The notes under the pieces were generated by a model that made no database searches, was not told the origin of the DNA, and saw only the letters and a list, made by a program, of their open reading frames with translations. The position numbers were made by a program, and so were the translations under genes. Of a stretch of DNA of 64,000 bases, positions 10,751 to 20,782 are shown one piece after another (the first letter of the stretch is position 1; each line of letters starts with the position of its first letter). Source of the stretch: Enterobacter phage CC31; sequence record NC_014662.1, one strand, 5' to 3'.

Positions 10751-11332
10751 TTATAGAGGGATTACTTTATACTTCTTATTGCCACGAGCATCACGCTTAC
10801 AAACTAATTTGCACTTCATGCCGCTTGTGATAGTGTAATCTTCATCAACCTTCATCCGCATCCAGTCTAATACCATTCCAGATGGGTTCAAAGATTTTTC
10901 AACTTCAACCATAATTTTAGTGCCAGACTTATAAAACTTAGATTCTTGTTGCTCATAGTCAGATAGTGCGCGAGCAAACGCAGATGGGCTTAAGAATTTA
11001 TTATAACCGTGAGCAGCAGCCACAAATGTATTATCTAAAGCATGTTTGATATTTTTGATTACGACTGTTGCGTAACCGATGTGTTTTTCTGGATAGTGAG
11101 TCATTACAAAGTCCTCATGAACTGCGAAAGTTTTTTGATGACGAGATTTTACATCAACATTTGATAAGCGTTTACGATAAACCACTTTCTCTTTTCGTTT
11201 AGATTTAGCTTTTGCCGATTCAACTTTAGCATAATATAAAGCTGCTTCTTCGGGTTTAATACCCGCTTCTCTCGCAATTTCAATAAAACTCAATCCGCAC
11301 TCATGCTTAAAATGAATCTCAATCGGTGTCAT
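10751..11332 (-). CDS. hypothetical protein with N-terminal helix-turn-helix-like segment
   Basis: 193 aa; GLSFIEIAREAGIKPEEA resembles an HTH; lysine-rich linker. Confidence 0.65.
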   Translation of the reverse strand: MTPIEIHFKHECGLSFIEIAREAGIKPEEAALYYAKVESAKAKSKRKEKVVYRKRLSNVDVKSRHQKTFAVHEDFVMTHYPEKHIGYATVVIKNIKHALDNTFVAAAHGYNKFLSPSAFARALSDYEQQESKFYKSGTKIMVEVEKSLNPSGMVLDWMRMKVDEDYTITSGMKCKLVCKRDARGNKKYKVIPL

Positions 11333-11377
11333 GGTAATATCCTACAGTAAAAGATGTTGATATAATACCACTCTCCA

Positions 11378-11404
11378 GAAAAAGCAAAAGGAGCCTTCGG
11401 GCTC
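11378..11404 (-). terminator. intrinsic terminator after hoc (minus strand)
   Basis: GGAGCC-CGAA-GGCTCC on minus strand followed by TTTTGCTTTTT. Confidence 0.7.
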
Positions 11405-11407
11405 CTT

Positions 11408-12106
11408 TTAATAGATGATACCAGCTTCTAAAGCTGAACGATGAACAATACGTCCATTACGTGATTCTTGAACATCAACTTCAGGGTAGTCTTCAATCAT
11501 TTTAGCTAACGTAGCCAAATGACAGTAATAAGGAGTATCAGAAGCGGTTGCAGTTTTCCAGTCTTTACCTTCTTCAGTAAGTTTCTGAATTGCATCCATA
11601 ACCCACCAACCAGCCCAGATATAAGCACTAGAGCGATGCGGAAGTGGATGAACATAGAGAATTGGGCATTCGTCTGGAACAACTGGCTCGGCAGCTTCAA
11701 CTGTAATATTCAGCACATTTGAAGTTTTAACAGTGTCTTCGTATCCAGTTGCTTTAGCAGTTACTTCACATGTTAAAGCAACATTTCCTTCCGTTTGAGC
11801 TACTGCACTAATATCAGCCGTAGTTTCTCCGGTTGACCATTTGTAAGCAAGAGTTGCTCCTGATGGTTGACCTGTTACTCCACAGGTTGCACTATAGCTT
11901 TCACCAACTTTAACAGTTTGAGACTGAGCTGAAATAGTAACAGTAAGATTCATAACGTCATTTACTGTTAAGTTAGTAGTTGCGGTTTGAATATCGTCTG
12001 GGTCTTCACCAGCTTTAGTGGTTGAAGTAACTTTAACTACTTTAGTTCCAGCCGAGTCAGCGGTGTAATCCAAAGTATCAGTCACAGATGATTGTACTAC
12101 AACCAT
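11408..12106 (-). CDS. hoc: outer capsid decoration protein Hoc, main reading frame (232 codons)
   Basis: Ig-like repeats plus C-terminal capsid-binding block PLPHRSSAYIW.GWWVMD...YPEVDVQESRNG matching recalled T4 Hoc; the true N-terminus lies in another frame (next feature). Confidence 0.8.
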   Translation of the reverse strand: MVVVQSSVTDTLDYTADSAGTKVVKVTSTTKAGEDPDDIQTATTNLTVNDVMNLTVTISAQSQTVKVGESYSATCGVTGQPSGATLAYKWSTGETTADISAVAQTEGNVALTCEVTAKATGYEDTVKTSNVLNITVEAAEPVVPDECPILYVHPLPHRSSAYIWAGWWVMDAIQKLTEEGKDWKTATASDTPYYCHLATLAKMIEDYPEVDVQESRNGRIVHRSALEAGIIY

Positions 12107-12219
12107 TCATAAGTTATAGTTGCTCCTTCTGGCGCTCCGTTAACAGTTGCTGTAAACTGTTGTGAATCTCCAACTTTGATAGTGGGATTTAGAGGAGTTA
12201 AATCTACTGTAGTAGCCAT
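12097..12219 (-). pseudogene. hoc: hoc N-terminal fragment, 40 codons in a different frame from the main hoc ORF
   Basis: MATTVDLTPLNPTIKVGDSQQFTATVNGAPEGATITYEWL then TAG; resembles the start of Hoc Ig domain 1; frames differ by one nucleotide. Confidence 0.6.
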
Positions 12220-12252
12220 ATAATTTCCATTATTTAAGAGGGACAAGCCCTC

Positions 12253-13008
12253 TTATGATAAAGTTACAAATGAAGAGTTTCGGGTTTCTCTTACTTGAAC
12301 TGAACCATTACGTTTGATGTAATAAATCAAGCTCAAAAGAGTTTGATGAGCAGTAGGATGCTCAAATGACAGTGGTCTAGATTTCCAATCTGGATTTTCA
12401 AGAATCCACTGATAAATCCACCAAGGAAGAGTAGCATAACCTGGATTACGCCCAATTAAATGCAGAGATGGACTGAAATCAGCCGGAAGCTCGAATGTGT
12501 CAGTTTCAATAACTTTGACAACTTTATCCATAGCTTCATTAAATTCATCTTGGGTCATATTCCCTACTGGAATTTTATGAACTTCGCCGTCATCTGAAAC
12601 TGCAATAACAGAATCACCAATCGGAGCTTCAAGGATTACACCTTTAACTGAGTCCATTGGCTTACCAAAATGAGGGTCGATATCAGTTACTTTCACTTGT
12701 GGTGCGTCAGCAGATACAGAATCAATCAATAGACGAGCTTCTTCTTTAGCTTCATCTTTAAAAATAGCAGTGCCTTTGGCTTCATCATCAGCTTGAATGA
12801 GGTCATAAATTGAAAGACCGTCATTATCTTCTGGCATAGGTTCTTCTGCTAGTTTAGCCAATTCGACTTCAAGGTCAGCGACCATATTGTCGAAGGCTTT
12901 AGTTTTCTTCAGCTTAATACCGAAGGTTTCAGCGTACTCGGCAAGCTTCTCTTTGGCTTCTTTTTTCTCAAGTGCACCGATTTCAGCAATATAATCTTTA
13001 TCTAACAT
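12253..13008 (-). CDS. inh: inhibitor of prohead protease
   Basis: N-terminus MLDKDYIAEIGALEKKEAKEKLAEYAETFGIKLKK matches recalled T4 Inh; start taken at the internal ATG 13008 behind a late promoter. Confidence 0.8.
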   Translation of the reverse strand: MLDKDYIAEIGALEKKEAKEKLAEYAETFGIKLKKTKAFDNMVADLEVELAKLAEEPMPEDNDGLSIYDLIQADDEAKGTAIFKDEAKEEARLLIDSVSADAPQVKVTDIDPHFGKPMDSVKGVILEAPIGDSVIAVSDDGEVHKIPVGNMTQDEFNEAMDKVVKVIETDTFELPADFSPSLHLIGRNPGYATLPWWIYQWILENPDWKSRPLSFEHPTAHQTLLSLIYYIKRNGSVQVRETRNSSFVTLS

Positions 13009-13023
13009 AGTAGCCTCGTTGTG

Positions 13024-13031
13024 TATAAATA
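13024..13031 (+). promoter_or_regulatory. late promoter core TATAAATA upstream of uvsW
   Basis: Exact consensus 30 nt upstream of the uvsW ATG. Confidence 0.6.
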
Positions 13032-13037
13032 TAAATG

Positions 13038-13045
13038 TATTTATA
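13038..13045 (-). promoter_or_regulatory. late promoter core TATAAATA (minus strand) upstream of inh
   Basis: Exact consensus on minus strand, divergent from the uvsW promoter. Confidence 0.55.
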
Positions 13046-13060
13046 ACTAAGGAATCGGCA

Positions 13061-14563
13061 ATGCACGATATCAATGTAAAATTTCATGATTTTAGTCATG
13101 TGTTTATTGAATGTGATGAATCCACATTTCATGAACTAAGAGACTATTTTAGTTTTGAAGCTGATGGCTACAAATTCAATCCAAAATACCGTTATGGGCA
13201 TTGGGATGGACGTATTCGTCTTCTGAACTACGATCGTCTGCTTCCGTTTGGCCTCGTCGGACAAATCCGCAAATTCGCTAATAGTATGGGTTATTCAGTT
13301 TACTTCGAACCGAAGATTTTTGAGACTGAAGAAATTACTCGTGAAGCGTTTGATGATTGGCTGGGCAATCTCAATATTTACTCTGGGAGTAAAAAGATTG
13401 AGCCTCACTGGTATCAGAAAGATGCAGTGTTTGAAGGATTAGTTAATCGCCGTCGAATTTTGAACCTTCCAACGTCTGCTGGTAAATCTTTAATTCAATG
13501 CTTACTTGCTCGTTATTATGTTGAGAATTATGAAGGTAAAATTTTAATCATCGTTCCAACAACAGCATTAGTAGACCAGATGATTAACGACTTCTGTGAT
13601 TATCGTCTATTTGGTAAACAACATTGTCTTGGTATTCGTTCAGGTACAAAGCGTGATTCTGATGCAATGATTTATGTTGCCACCTGGCAAACAGCAGTAA
13701 AACAGCCAAAAGAGTGGTTCCATCAATTCGGCATGATGATGAACGATGAATGCCACCTGGCTACCGGTAAGTCTATTTCTACTATCGTTGCTGGTCTAAA
13801 TAACTGCATGTTTAAGTTCGGCTTATCCGGTTCATTAAAAGACGGAAAAGCTAATATCATGCAATATGTTGGAATGTTTGGTGAAATTTTCAAACCAGTT
13901 TCAACATCACAGCTTATGGAAGATGGACAAGTAACTGACTTAAAAATTAACTCTATTTTCCTTCGGTACCCGGATGAGTTTACCGTCAAAATGAAAGGTA
14001 AAACTTATCAAGAAGAAATTAAAGTTATTACAAATGCAAAACGTCGCAATAAATGGATAGCTAATCTTGCAGTAAAATTGGCTAAGCGAGACGAAAATGC
14101 ATTTCTGATGTTTAAACACGTGGCTCACGGTAAAGAGCTATTTGAAATGATTAAAGAACTTGGGTATGAGAAAGTGTATTATGTTTCAGGGGAAGTTTCT
14201 ACTGAAGTTCGTAATGCTCTGAAGGTGATGGCTGAAAATGGAACAGGAATTATCGTAGTTGCGTCTTATGGCGTTTTTTCTACTGGCATTTCTGTAAAGA
14301 ATCTCCATCATGTTATTTTAGCTCACCCAGTTAAATCAAAAATTATCGTTCTGCAAACAATCGGTCGCGTACTTCGTAAACATGATTCTAAATCAGTTGC
14401 TACAGTATGGGATATCATCGATGATATGGGTGTTAAACCAAAATCAGCAAATGCTAAGAAAAAATATGTTCATTTGAACTATGCTTTAAAGCACGCGCTG
14501 GAGCGCATTCAAAGATATGCAGACGAAAAATTCAATTACGTAATGAAACAAATCGATATTTGA
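13061..14563 (+). CDS. uvsW: UvsW DNA/RNA helicase
   Basis: SF2 helicase motifs (PTSAGKS, DECH, QTIGRVLR) and close match to recalled T4 UvsW; start at MHDINVKF. Confidence 0.9.
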   Translation: MHDINVKFHDFSHVFIECDESTFHELRDYFSFEADGYKFNPKYRYGHWDGRIRLLNYDRLLPFGLVGQIRKFANSMGYSVYFEPKIFETEEITREAFDDWLGNLNIYSGSKKIEPHWYQKDAVFEGLVNRRRILNLPTSAGKSLIQCLLARYYVENYEGKILIIVPTTALVDQMINDFCDYRLFGKQHCLGIRSGTKRDSDAMIYVATWQTAVKQPKEWFHQFGMMMNDECHLATGKSISTIVAGLNNCMFKFGLSGSLKDGKANIMQYVGMFGEIFKPVSTSQLMEDGQVTDLKINSIFLRYPDEFTVKMKGKTYQEEIKVITNAKRRNKWIANLAVKLAKRDENAFLMFKHVAHGKELFEMIKELGYEKVYYVSGEVSTEVRNALKVMAENGTGIIVVASYGVFSTGISVKNLHHVILAHPVKSKIIVLQTIGRVLRKHDSKSVATVWDIIDDMGVKPKSANAKKKYVHLNYALKHALERIQRYADEKFNYVMKQIDI

Positions 14564-14570
14564 GGAAGTT

Positions 14571-14801
14571 ATGAAAACATTCGAAGAAGTCATTTACGAA
14601 GCTACTATCGACACGTTTATGAGTAAGATTGCTCAGTGCCAAACTTTAGAAGGTTTAGAAGAACTGGAAGCTTATTACAAAAAGCGTGTTAAAGAAGCTG
14701 ACCTGAAAGATACTGATGATATCTCTATTCGAGATGCATTGGCAGGAAAAAGAATGGAATTTGAATCTGAAGATGAGTCAGAATCAGAAGAAGAATTCTA
14801 A
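14571..14801 (+). CDS. uvsW.1: UvsW.1 small acidic protein
   Basis: 76 aa directly after uvsW as in T4. Confidence 0.75.
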   Translation: MKTFEEVIYEATIDTFMSKIAQCQTLEGLEELEAYYKKRVKEADLKDTDDISIRDALAGKRMEFESEDESESEEEF

Positions 14802-14802
14802 T

Positions 14803-14827
14803 AAAAAAGGCCCCTCAAAAGAGGGGC
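14803..14827 (-). terminator. intrinsic terminator after uvsY.-2, between convergent transcription units
   Basis: GCCCCTC-TTTT-GAGGGGC on minus strand followed by CTTTTTTATT. Confidence 0.65.
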
Positions 14828-14854
14828 AAACCACAAGTGGCATAAAACACTAGG

Positions 14855-15022
14855 CTACATTAAAAGTTGCGTTTCGTTTAATTGCTCTTCTGCGCTTTCG
14901 CTTACCGGCAATTCAATCGCATAATTATAACAAGCACCTGGATGAACAGGGCCTTTATCTGTTTCAACAACCAACGCCGAATCAATCGGTTGCTTACAGA
15001 CAGCACAAATCTTTTCAGACAT
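14855..15022 (-). CDS. hypothetical protein (T4 uvsY.-2 position)
   Basis: Small ORF with CxxC pair, start taken at MSEKICAV. Confidence 0.5.
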   Translation of the reverse strand: MSEKICAVCKQPIDSALVVETDKGPVHPGACYNYAIELPVSESAEEQLNETQLLM

Positions 15023-15055
15023 GATTGTCTCCTCAGTTATTAACAATTCTATTTA

Positions 15056-15469
15056 TTAGTCGCCTGCTTCAAACCTACGCATATCAATAATGTGCTTGAT
15101 TGAAAATCCGCGAGACTTAATAGCATCCATCGCATCGCGACAGAACTCTAACAAAATTCCCCAGTATTGCAAACTTGTATCAATACGAAGAACTTCTTTA
15201 TCGGCAGACAGAACAGTCTTCATCTCAGACTTTTCATAACGGTCCATGCTGAACTCGTCACCATCACCTCTACCTGTATAGTAATCCAACTTCTGCTTTA
15301 ACGCGGACTTCTTCGAAGCCTCGATGCGAAGCATTTCTTTACGAATAGCAGACAATTTTGTCAACCACTTACCATAAAGAACTGGATTATTAGCTGCTTC
15401 ATACTGCAATTTAGTTGAATCAATAATCAAATCTTGTTTCAACTCTTCCTGTAAATCTTCAAGCTTCAT
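15056..15469 (-). CDS. uvsY: UvsY recombination mediator
   Basis: ~137 aa; LEDLQEELK...STKLQYEAANN...SLQYWGILL match recalled T4 UvsY. Confidence 0.9.
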   Translation of the reverse strand: MKLEDLQEELKQDLIIDSTKLQYEAANNPVLYGKWLTKLSAIRKEMLRIEASKKSALKQKLDYYTGRGDGDEFSMDRYEKSEMKTVLSADKEVLRIDTSLQYWGILLEFCRDAMDAIKSRGFSIKHIIDMRRFEAGD

Positions 15470-15518
15470 AATCACCTTTCTTTGTTCAATTTGTTACTCT
15501 AGCAAGGAACTCAAAACC

Positions 15519-15548
15519 ATTATAACCATCTTGAAATAAAAGCGATTA
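15519..15548 (-). promoter_or_regulatory. candidate MotA-dependent middle promoter of uvsY (oriF-like region)
   Basis: Minus strand reads AATCGCTTTTA (MotA-box-like) about 12 nt upstream of TATAAT, ~45 nt before the uvsY ATG. Confidence 0.4.
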
Positions 15549-15944
15549 GTTACGGCTTGAGCTTGCCAATTGAAGCTTAATCTGTTCAAGGTCGTCCGGG
15601 TTGTCAATGACGGAGAACTGAACTTCAACGATAAGCGTGTAATCATCGTAAACCGGAGTGACGTTCACCTGAAGACGACGAATGCGTGGTTCATAGTTTC
15701 TTATAGCAGATGTGATGTTTCGTTCTACTGTGTCAGCCGTAAGAGGAGTCATGTTCTCGAAAAGCTGGTCTTGTAAATCACACCCAAAGTTAGGGTCAAA
15801 TGGACGGCTTCCCTTTCTTGTTGTTATAATACCTAAAAGAGAGTTTTTAATTGCTCGTAACCCACGAGCACGTGCAACGTCTTTGGACCAGTTCATTTTA
15901 AGTTCAGGGTCCAAATCCGAATAAAGGTCGTTTATATTTGCCAT
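15546..15944 (-). CDS. 25: baseplate wedge subunit gp25
   Basis: 132 aa, near-identical in length and sequence to recalled T4 gp25. Confidence 0.9.
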   Translation of the reverse strand: MANINDLYSDLDPELKMNWSKDVARARGLRAIKNSLLGIITTRKGSRPFDPNFGCDLQDQLFENMTPLTADTVERNITSAIRNYEPRIRRLQVNVTPVYDDYTLIVEVQFSVIDNPDDLEQIKLQLASSSRN

Positions 15945-16573
15945 TACAGATACCTGAAGAATTCTTTAAGGCCTTTAATCACTTCAACGTGAGTTGCTCC
16001 GCATTTCTGACATTTCACAGGAACTGCTAGATAAACGGTAGGCTTTAAAAGCATATTTTTGATGCGGATAATATCCTCTTCAGTGATAGCTGAGTAAAGG
16101 TCATCGATTTCTTTGTCATTCAAATCTTCGATTGAAATGGTTTCACCATTCACATAGATGTACTCGATACACGTAGCAATCATCTGTGCGATGTTTTTAT
16201 CATCGAATAATTTTGGATAACGAAGCTTAAGTTTAAAATTCGCTAGAGGATACCAGAGTTCCTCTGGTTCATCGATTTGTGCAGATGTAAAGTTAATCGG
16301 CGTTAATGTTTCGTGACCTTCTGGACATATCCAGATGTTCTCATGATTAACCTCACCTAATGAGTGAGACCATAACTGAATCAGCAGAAGTTCTGACTCT
16401 TGCTTGTTAAGGTTTCGTGCTGATGTACAATTATTAATCAGCCGTTTTACTACTTCACCAATGTTTCCATTGATTTTGCCATCGATGAGCTCTTTGTATT
16501 CTTCTAACGTAAAAGCTCTGCATTGGATATCAGAGCCATTAATCTGGACTTCAAATTTGTAATCGTAGTTCAT
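15944..16573 (-). CDS. 26: baseplate hub subunit gp26
   Basis: 209 aa, T4 position; divergent late promoter with gene 51. Confidence 0.8.
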   Translation of the reverse strand: MNYDYKFEVQINGSDIQCRAFTLEEYKELIDGKINGNIGEVVKRLINNCTSARNLNKQESELLLIQLWSHSLGEVNHENIWICPEGHETLTPINFTSAQIDEPEELWYPLANFKLKLRYPKLFDDKNIAQMIATCIEYIYVNGETISIEDLNDKEIDDLYSAITEEDIIRIKNMLLKPTVYLAVPVKCQKCGATHVEVIKGLKEFFRYL

Positions 16574-16590
16574 ATTAGCTCCTTACGGAC

Positions 16591-16598
16591 TATTTATA
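16591..16598 (-). promoter_or_regulatory. late promoter core TATAAATA (minus strand) upstream of gene 26
   Basis: Minus-strand consensus overlapping the plus-strand one. Confidence 0.55.
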
Positions 16599-16602
16599 AA
16601 TA
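16595..16602 (+). promoter_or_regulatory. late promoter core TATAAATA upstream of gene 51
   Basis: Exact consensus 20 nt upstream of gene 51. Confidence 0.6.
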
Positions 16603-16622
16603 TTTCAATAAAGGAGACCTCT

Positions 16623-17375
16623 ATGGCCAATATAATTCGTTGTGTACTACCGGACGGGGTCCATCGTTTTAAACCCTTCACGGTAGCTGATTACAGAGAT
16701 TTCCTTCTGGTTCGTAATGATATGCAACATAAAACTTACGAAGAGCAGAAGGTGATTATAAAAGAACTTTTAGCTGATTACTTTGGTGAATATCCTGAGA
16801 CTTTACGTCCATACATGTTCATGAAGGTATTCACTGGCTCAATCGGTAAAACAAAAATTCCAGTAGCTTTCACCTGTCCGACTTGCGAAAAACAAAAGCA
16901 AGTTCTGTTTGACATCAGCCAAGAAGATTTGGTTGAGCCTACTATTGAAGTTGCCGGAATCACAATAGCTTTTAAATTCCCTGAGAAGGAATACGAAGAT
17001 AAAGCTGCAATGATTTACGATTGCATTAAAGCAATTAAATACAACAATCAATGGTATCCTTGGAAAGAGATGTCAGAAGACAACCAAATCCAAGTGATAG
17101 AAGCAATTGACTTTACAACGTTTGAAAAGATTTACACTCAACTAACTCCAATGAGATTTGAACTTAAAATGAAATGTTGCGAGTTAAGAACAAACGTGTA
17201 TGAAGACATTTTATCAGTCTTTAAGCTTCTTATAAACCCAGATGAAATTTTTAGCTTCTATCAAATCAATCACACTCTGGTTAAAAGTTCATATGATTTG
17301 AACAGCATAATGGGTATGATTCCAATCGAGCGAAGCATCGCCCTTTCGTTAGTAGAGAAGGACAATAAGAAATGA
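16623..17375 (+). CDS. 51: baseplate hub assembly catalyst gp51
   Basis: 250 aa, T4 position. Confidence 0.8.
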   Translation: MANIIRCVLPDGVHRFKPFTVADYRDFLLVRNDMQHKTYEEQKVIIKELLADYFGEYPETLRPYMFMKVFTGSIGKTKIPVAFTCPTCEKQKQVLFDISQEDLVEPTIEVAGITIAFKFPEKEYEDKAAMIYDCIKAIKYNNQWYPWKEMSEDNQIQVIEAIDFTTFEKIYTQLTPMRFELKMKCCELRTNVYEDILSVFKLLINPDEIFSFYQINHTLVKSSYDLNSIMGMIPIERSIALSLVEKDNKK

Positions 17376-18556
17376 CAGTACTACAACGTCCAGGTTTTCC
17401 TAACTTAAGCATAAAGCTCTATGAAAATTACGATGCTTGGTTAGATAACCGTTTCCTTGAATTAGCAGCAACTGTAACGACACTCACTATGCGTGATGGT
17501 CTTTATGGCAGAAATGAAGGGATGCTGCAATTTTATGATAACAAAAATATGCATACCAGAATGAATGGTGACCAAATCATTCAGATTTCTGTGGCCAATG
17601 CAAACAGTAAAAGAACATTGAACCGCATTTACGGTTGTAAGCATTTTTCAGTTTCAGTTGACTCTAAAGGCGATAACATCATCGCAATTCAACTTGGATT
17701 GGTGCACGAGATTATCAACCTCAAGTTTAGTCGTTGTTTCTTCAACGATGCTGGTGAGTCAATTAAAGAGATGATTGGTGTAATTTACCAAGAAACTCCT
17801 CATATTGCTCCAGCTATAAACTCGATTAACACCTACGTTCCACGGGTTCCATGGACGAGTACGTTAAAGGACTATTTAGCTTGGGTTAGAGAAATTTCAC
17901 TTGCCGTTGAAAGTGACCAATTCGTATTTGTGTGGGAAGACATCTATGGCATTAACATGATGGACTATGCATTTATGATTGCACAAGAGCCTATCCCGGT
18001 TGTGGTCGGTGAACCAAGACAAATCGGTCAAATGGTTAATGAGTTGAATACGGACTTGGCATATGACTTTGAATGGCTCACTAAAGCTAACCAATTTACC
18101 CGAAACCCAATGGCTAACGCTACATTTTATGCTCACAGCTTCTTGGATAATCAATTCCCTCGAATTGTTACGGGCGATGGTTATAACTCGGTGTTAGTGT
18201 CTCGTTCAGGTTCATATTCTGAAATGACTTATCGTAACGCATACGAAGAAGCTCTGCGATTAGGAACGATGGCACAATATGATGGTTATGCTAAGTGCAC
18301 GATGGTTGGTAATTTTGAATATACTCCAGGTCAAAAGATAAACTTCTTTGACCCTAAAAACCAATTCCGCACAAACTTTTACGTAGATGAAGTTATTCAT
18401 GAAGTTTCTAATAACGAATCAATAACTACATTGTATATGTTTACTAACGGACAGAACTTAAGTCCAGTAGAACCAATTAAGGTGAAAAATGAATTTAAAC
18501 CTAATACTTCCAATGAAAACAATTCAAGTGAACCAGAAGGAAATAAAAATTCCTAA
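17372..18556 (+). CDS. 27: baseplate hub subunit gp27
   Basis: 394 aa, T4 position and length. Confidence 0.85.
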   Translation: MTVLQRPGFPNLSIKLYENYDAWLDNRFLELAATVTTLTMRDGLYGRNEGMLQFYDNKNMHTRMNGDQIIQISVANANSKRTLNRIYGCKHFSVSVDSKGDNIIAIQLGLVHEIINLKFSRCFFNDAGESIKEMIGVIYQETPHIAPAINSINTYVPRVPWTSTLKDYLAWVREISLAVESDQFVFVWEDIYGINMMDYAFMIAQEPIPVVVGEPRQIGQMVNELNTDLAYDFEWLTKANQFTRNPMANATFYAHSFLDNQFPRIVTGDGYNSVLVSRSGSYSEMTYRNAYEEALRLGTMAQYDGYAKCTMVGNFEYTPGQKINFFDPKNQFRTNFYVDEVIHEVSNNESITTLYMFTNGQNLSPVEPIKVKNEFKPNTSNENNSSEPEGNKNS

Positions 18557-19016
18557 GCTTGGATTGAAGCATCACAACATGCTGAAAGAAGTTAAATCTC
18601 CGGAAGAGAATTTATCTCTGCTGATTAATTCAATTCATCCGGGTTTAACACCAGCCGAAATCGATTACGTTTCAATTCATTTACTTGAGTTCAACGGTAA
18701 GATTAAAAGTAAGGTAGTCAAAGACGATTTTGAATATGACCTTTCAACTTTAAGAATTGTTCAACGATTAGAATTTCAATTCGCTGGTCATACTTTCAAA
18801 TTCAGAGCTCCTGAGCAGTTTGAAGGATTTGGCGGTGTTGATAAGATGCTTTCAAAATGCCTTGAAACGGTAGACGGTAAAAAAGAAGATGTCGACTTCA
18901 TGAAGATGCCAGCATTTGTGACCAAATGGGCAGATGACATTTCAAGTACCGTAGCAGTAAGCGGCCCTAATGGCGACATCAGAGGAGTTGCCAAAATCAT
19001 AGGAATTTTTGAATGA
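18489..19016 (+). CDS. 28: baseplate hub distal subunit gp28
   Basis: 175 aa overlapping the gene 27 3' end; start codon uncertain. Confidence 0.75.
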   Translation: MNLNLILPMKTIQVNQKEIKIPKLGLKHHNMLKEVKSPEENLSLLINSIHPGLTPAEIDYVSIHLLEFNGKIKSKVVKDDFEYDLSTLRIVQRLEFQFAGHTFKFRAPEQFEGFGGVDKMLSKCLETVDGKKEDVDFMKMPAFVTKWADDISSTVAVSGPNGDIRGVAKIIGIFE

Positions 19017-20773
19017 AAACCGAAAACATGAAGACTATGCGTCGGAAGGTTATTGAAGAGGGTCGTAGTGAAAGAGATGCAGCGAAAGCTGCATCAACTC
19101 AAGCCGAATCTTTATCAGTTCTTTCTTCACAGCTTGATGATTTACAAACTCAAGCTGAGCTTACGTCTGAAGTAATTGAGGATAAAGGTAATCAAGTTAT
19201 TGATGCCTTGAATCGAGTTGACCAAAGCATAATTGATACTACTGCCGGGGCTGAATTAACTGCCGAAGCATCTGAAAGAACCACGGAAGCTGTTAAGCAA
19301 CAGACCGAAGTGTCAAACAAGATTTCAGATAAGCTCAGTAAGCTGACTGAACTTTTAAATGAACGTCTTTCAGCTATCACTCCGAATCTTCCGCAGATAT
19401 CTGTTCCCGATACATCTCTGTCTGTAGTTGAAGATGCAGTACCTGTTGATATAGTGACACCAGGGTTACCAGAGTTACTTCAGGAGTTAATTCCTGACCC
19501 TGTCAATAATACCAATAACCCTAACGATGCGTTCTTCCCTACCGTTCCAGAGAACCCAGAGAGTGATTCTAAAAAGGGAGCTGACGAGGAACGTAAGAAG
19601 AAAGACTCTGACACTCTGAGTAATCTGCTTAAAGCTACAAAAAGTGGATTTAAGGCTTCAATGAGTATCACGGATAGAATAGCTGGAATGCTTTTCAAGT
19701 ACACGGTAACTGCTGTGATTGAAGCTGCTAAAACAGCCGCATTGCTGTTCTCTATTGTGCTCGGTATCGATGTCATAATGAAGCACTTCAAATATTGGTC
19801 AGACAAATTCACTTCAGACTTTGATAAGTTCTCTGCTGAAGCTGGCGAATGGGGAAGCACATTATCATCTATATTCGGAACACTTGAAAACATTCAGAAG
19901 TTCTGGGAAGCTGGAGACTGGTCTGGATTGACTGTTGCTATTGTAAAAGGCGTAACTGAAATCATTTACAACCTCAGTGAACTCATTTCTTTAGGAATGT
20001 CAAAAGTAGCTGCCGCTATTCTTTCACTTATTCCTGGCTTAGGAGATGCTGCATTATCTGTTGAAGGAGCTGCATTAGAAGGTTTCCAAGAAAGAACCGG
20101 TAACTCTCTTTCTAAAGAAGACCAAGATACATTAGCTAAGTATCAATCATCTAAGATTGAAAAAGGCGAAAACTTCTTCGATAAAGTATCTCAAGGTAAA
20201 ACTTGGATTGTTAACAAAATAACTGGAGATGCTAACATTTCTGATTTTGTTACAGACGAAGAAAGAACAGCTCAGAACGAAAAACTCCGTCAGATGAAAC
20301 CTGAAGAAAGGGAACAAGTTCTGAAGAAAGGTAATGAAGCTCGTGCTGCTATTGTCAGATTTGAAAAATACATGGAACAAATCAATCCTGACGATAAACG
20401 TTCAGTTCAATCAGCTGATAAAGCATACGCTAATCTTCAGACACAGTTAAATGACACTGACCTGAATAATTCTCCTATTACCAAAAAAGAATTAAATGCT
20501 CGTATGAATATTGTTACTGCTAAGTATGATAAGCTCAAAGGCAAAGAACCACAGCCTGCTCCATCATCTCAATCTGAAGATGTTAAAAAAGTCGAAAGTA
20601 TCGAGAAGAATAAAGCAGCTGAAAAAGCTTCATTAGGAACTGGCGCAGGAGCTGCAGCAGCTAACTTGTTCAATACAAACAACGTCATTAACAACAGTAG
20701 AACTATAAATACTGTTAGTCCTGTAACGAGCACTAATGCTCCAGGCGTATTTGGTGCAACTGGTGTTAACTAA
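19013..20773 (+). CDS. 29: baseplate hub subunit / tail length determinator gp29
   Basis: 586 aa, T4 position and length. Confidence 0.85.
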   Translation: MKTENMKTMRRKVIEEGRSERDAAKAASTQAESLSVLSSQLDDLQTQAELTSEVIEDKGNQVIDALNRVDQSIIDTTAGAELTAEASERTTEAVKQQTEVSNKISDKLSKLTELLNERLSAITPNLPQISVPDTSLSVVEDAVPVDIVTPGLPELLQELIPDPVNNTNNPNDAFFPTVPENPESDSKKGADEERKKKDSDTLSNLLKATKSGFKASMSITDRIAGMLFKYTVTAVIEAAKTAALLFSIVLGIDVIMKHFKYWSDKFTSDFDKFSAEAGEWGSTLSSIFGTLENIQKFWEAGDWSGLTVAIVKGVTEIIYNLSELISLGMSKVAAAILSLIPGLGDAALSVEGAALEGFQERTGNSLSKEDQDTLAKYQSSKIEKGENFFDKVSQGKTWIVNKITGDANISDFVTDEERTAQNEKLRQMKPEEREQVLKKGNEARAAIVRFEKYMEQINPDDKRSVQSADKAYANLQTQLNDTDLNNSPITKKELNARMNIVTAKYDKLKGKEPQPAPSSQSEDVKKVESIEKNKAAEKASLGTGAGAAAANLFNTNNVINNSRTINTVSPVTSTNAPGVFGATGVN

Positions 20774-20782
20774 GGAATAATC

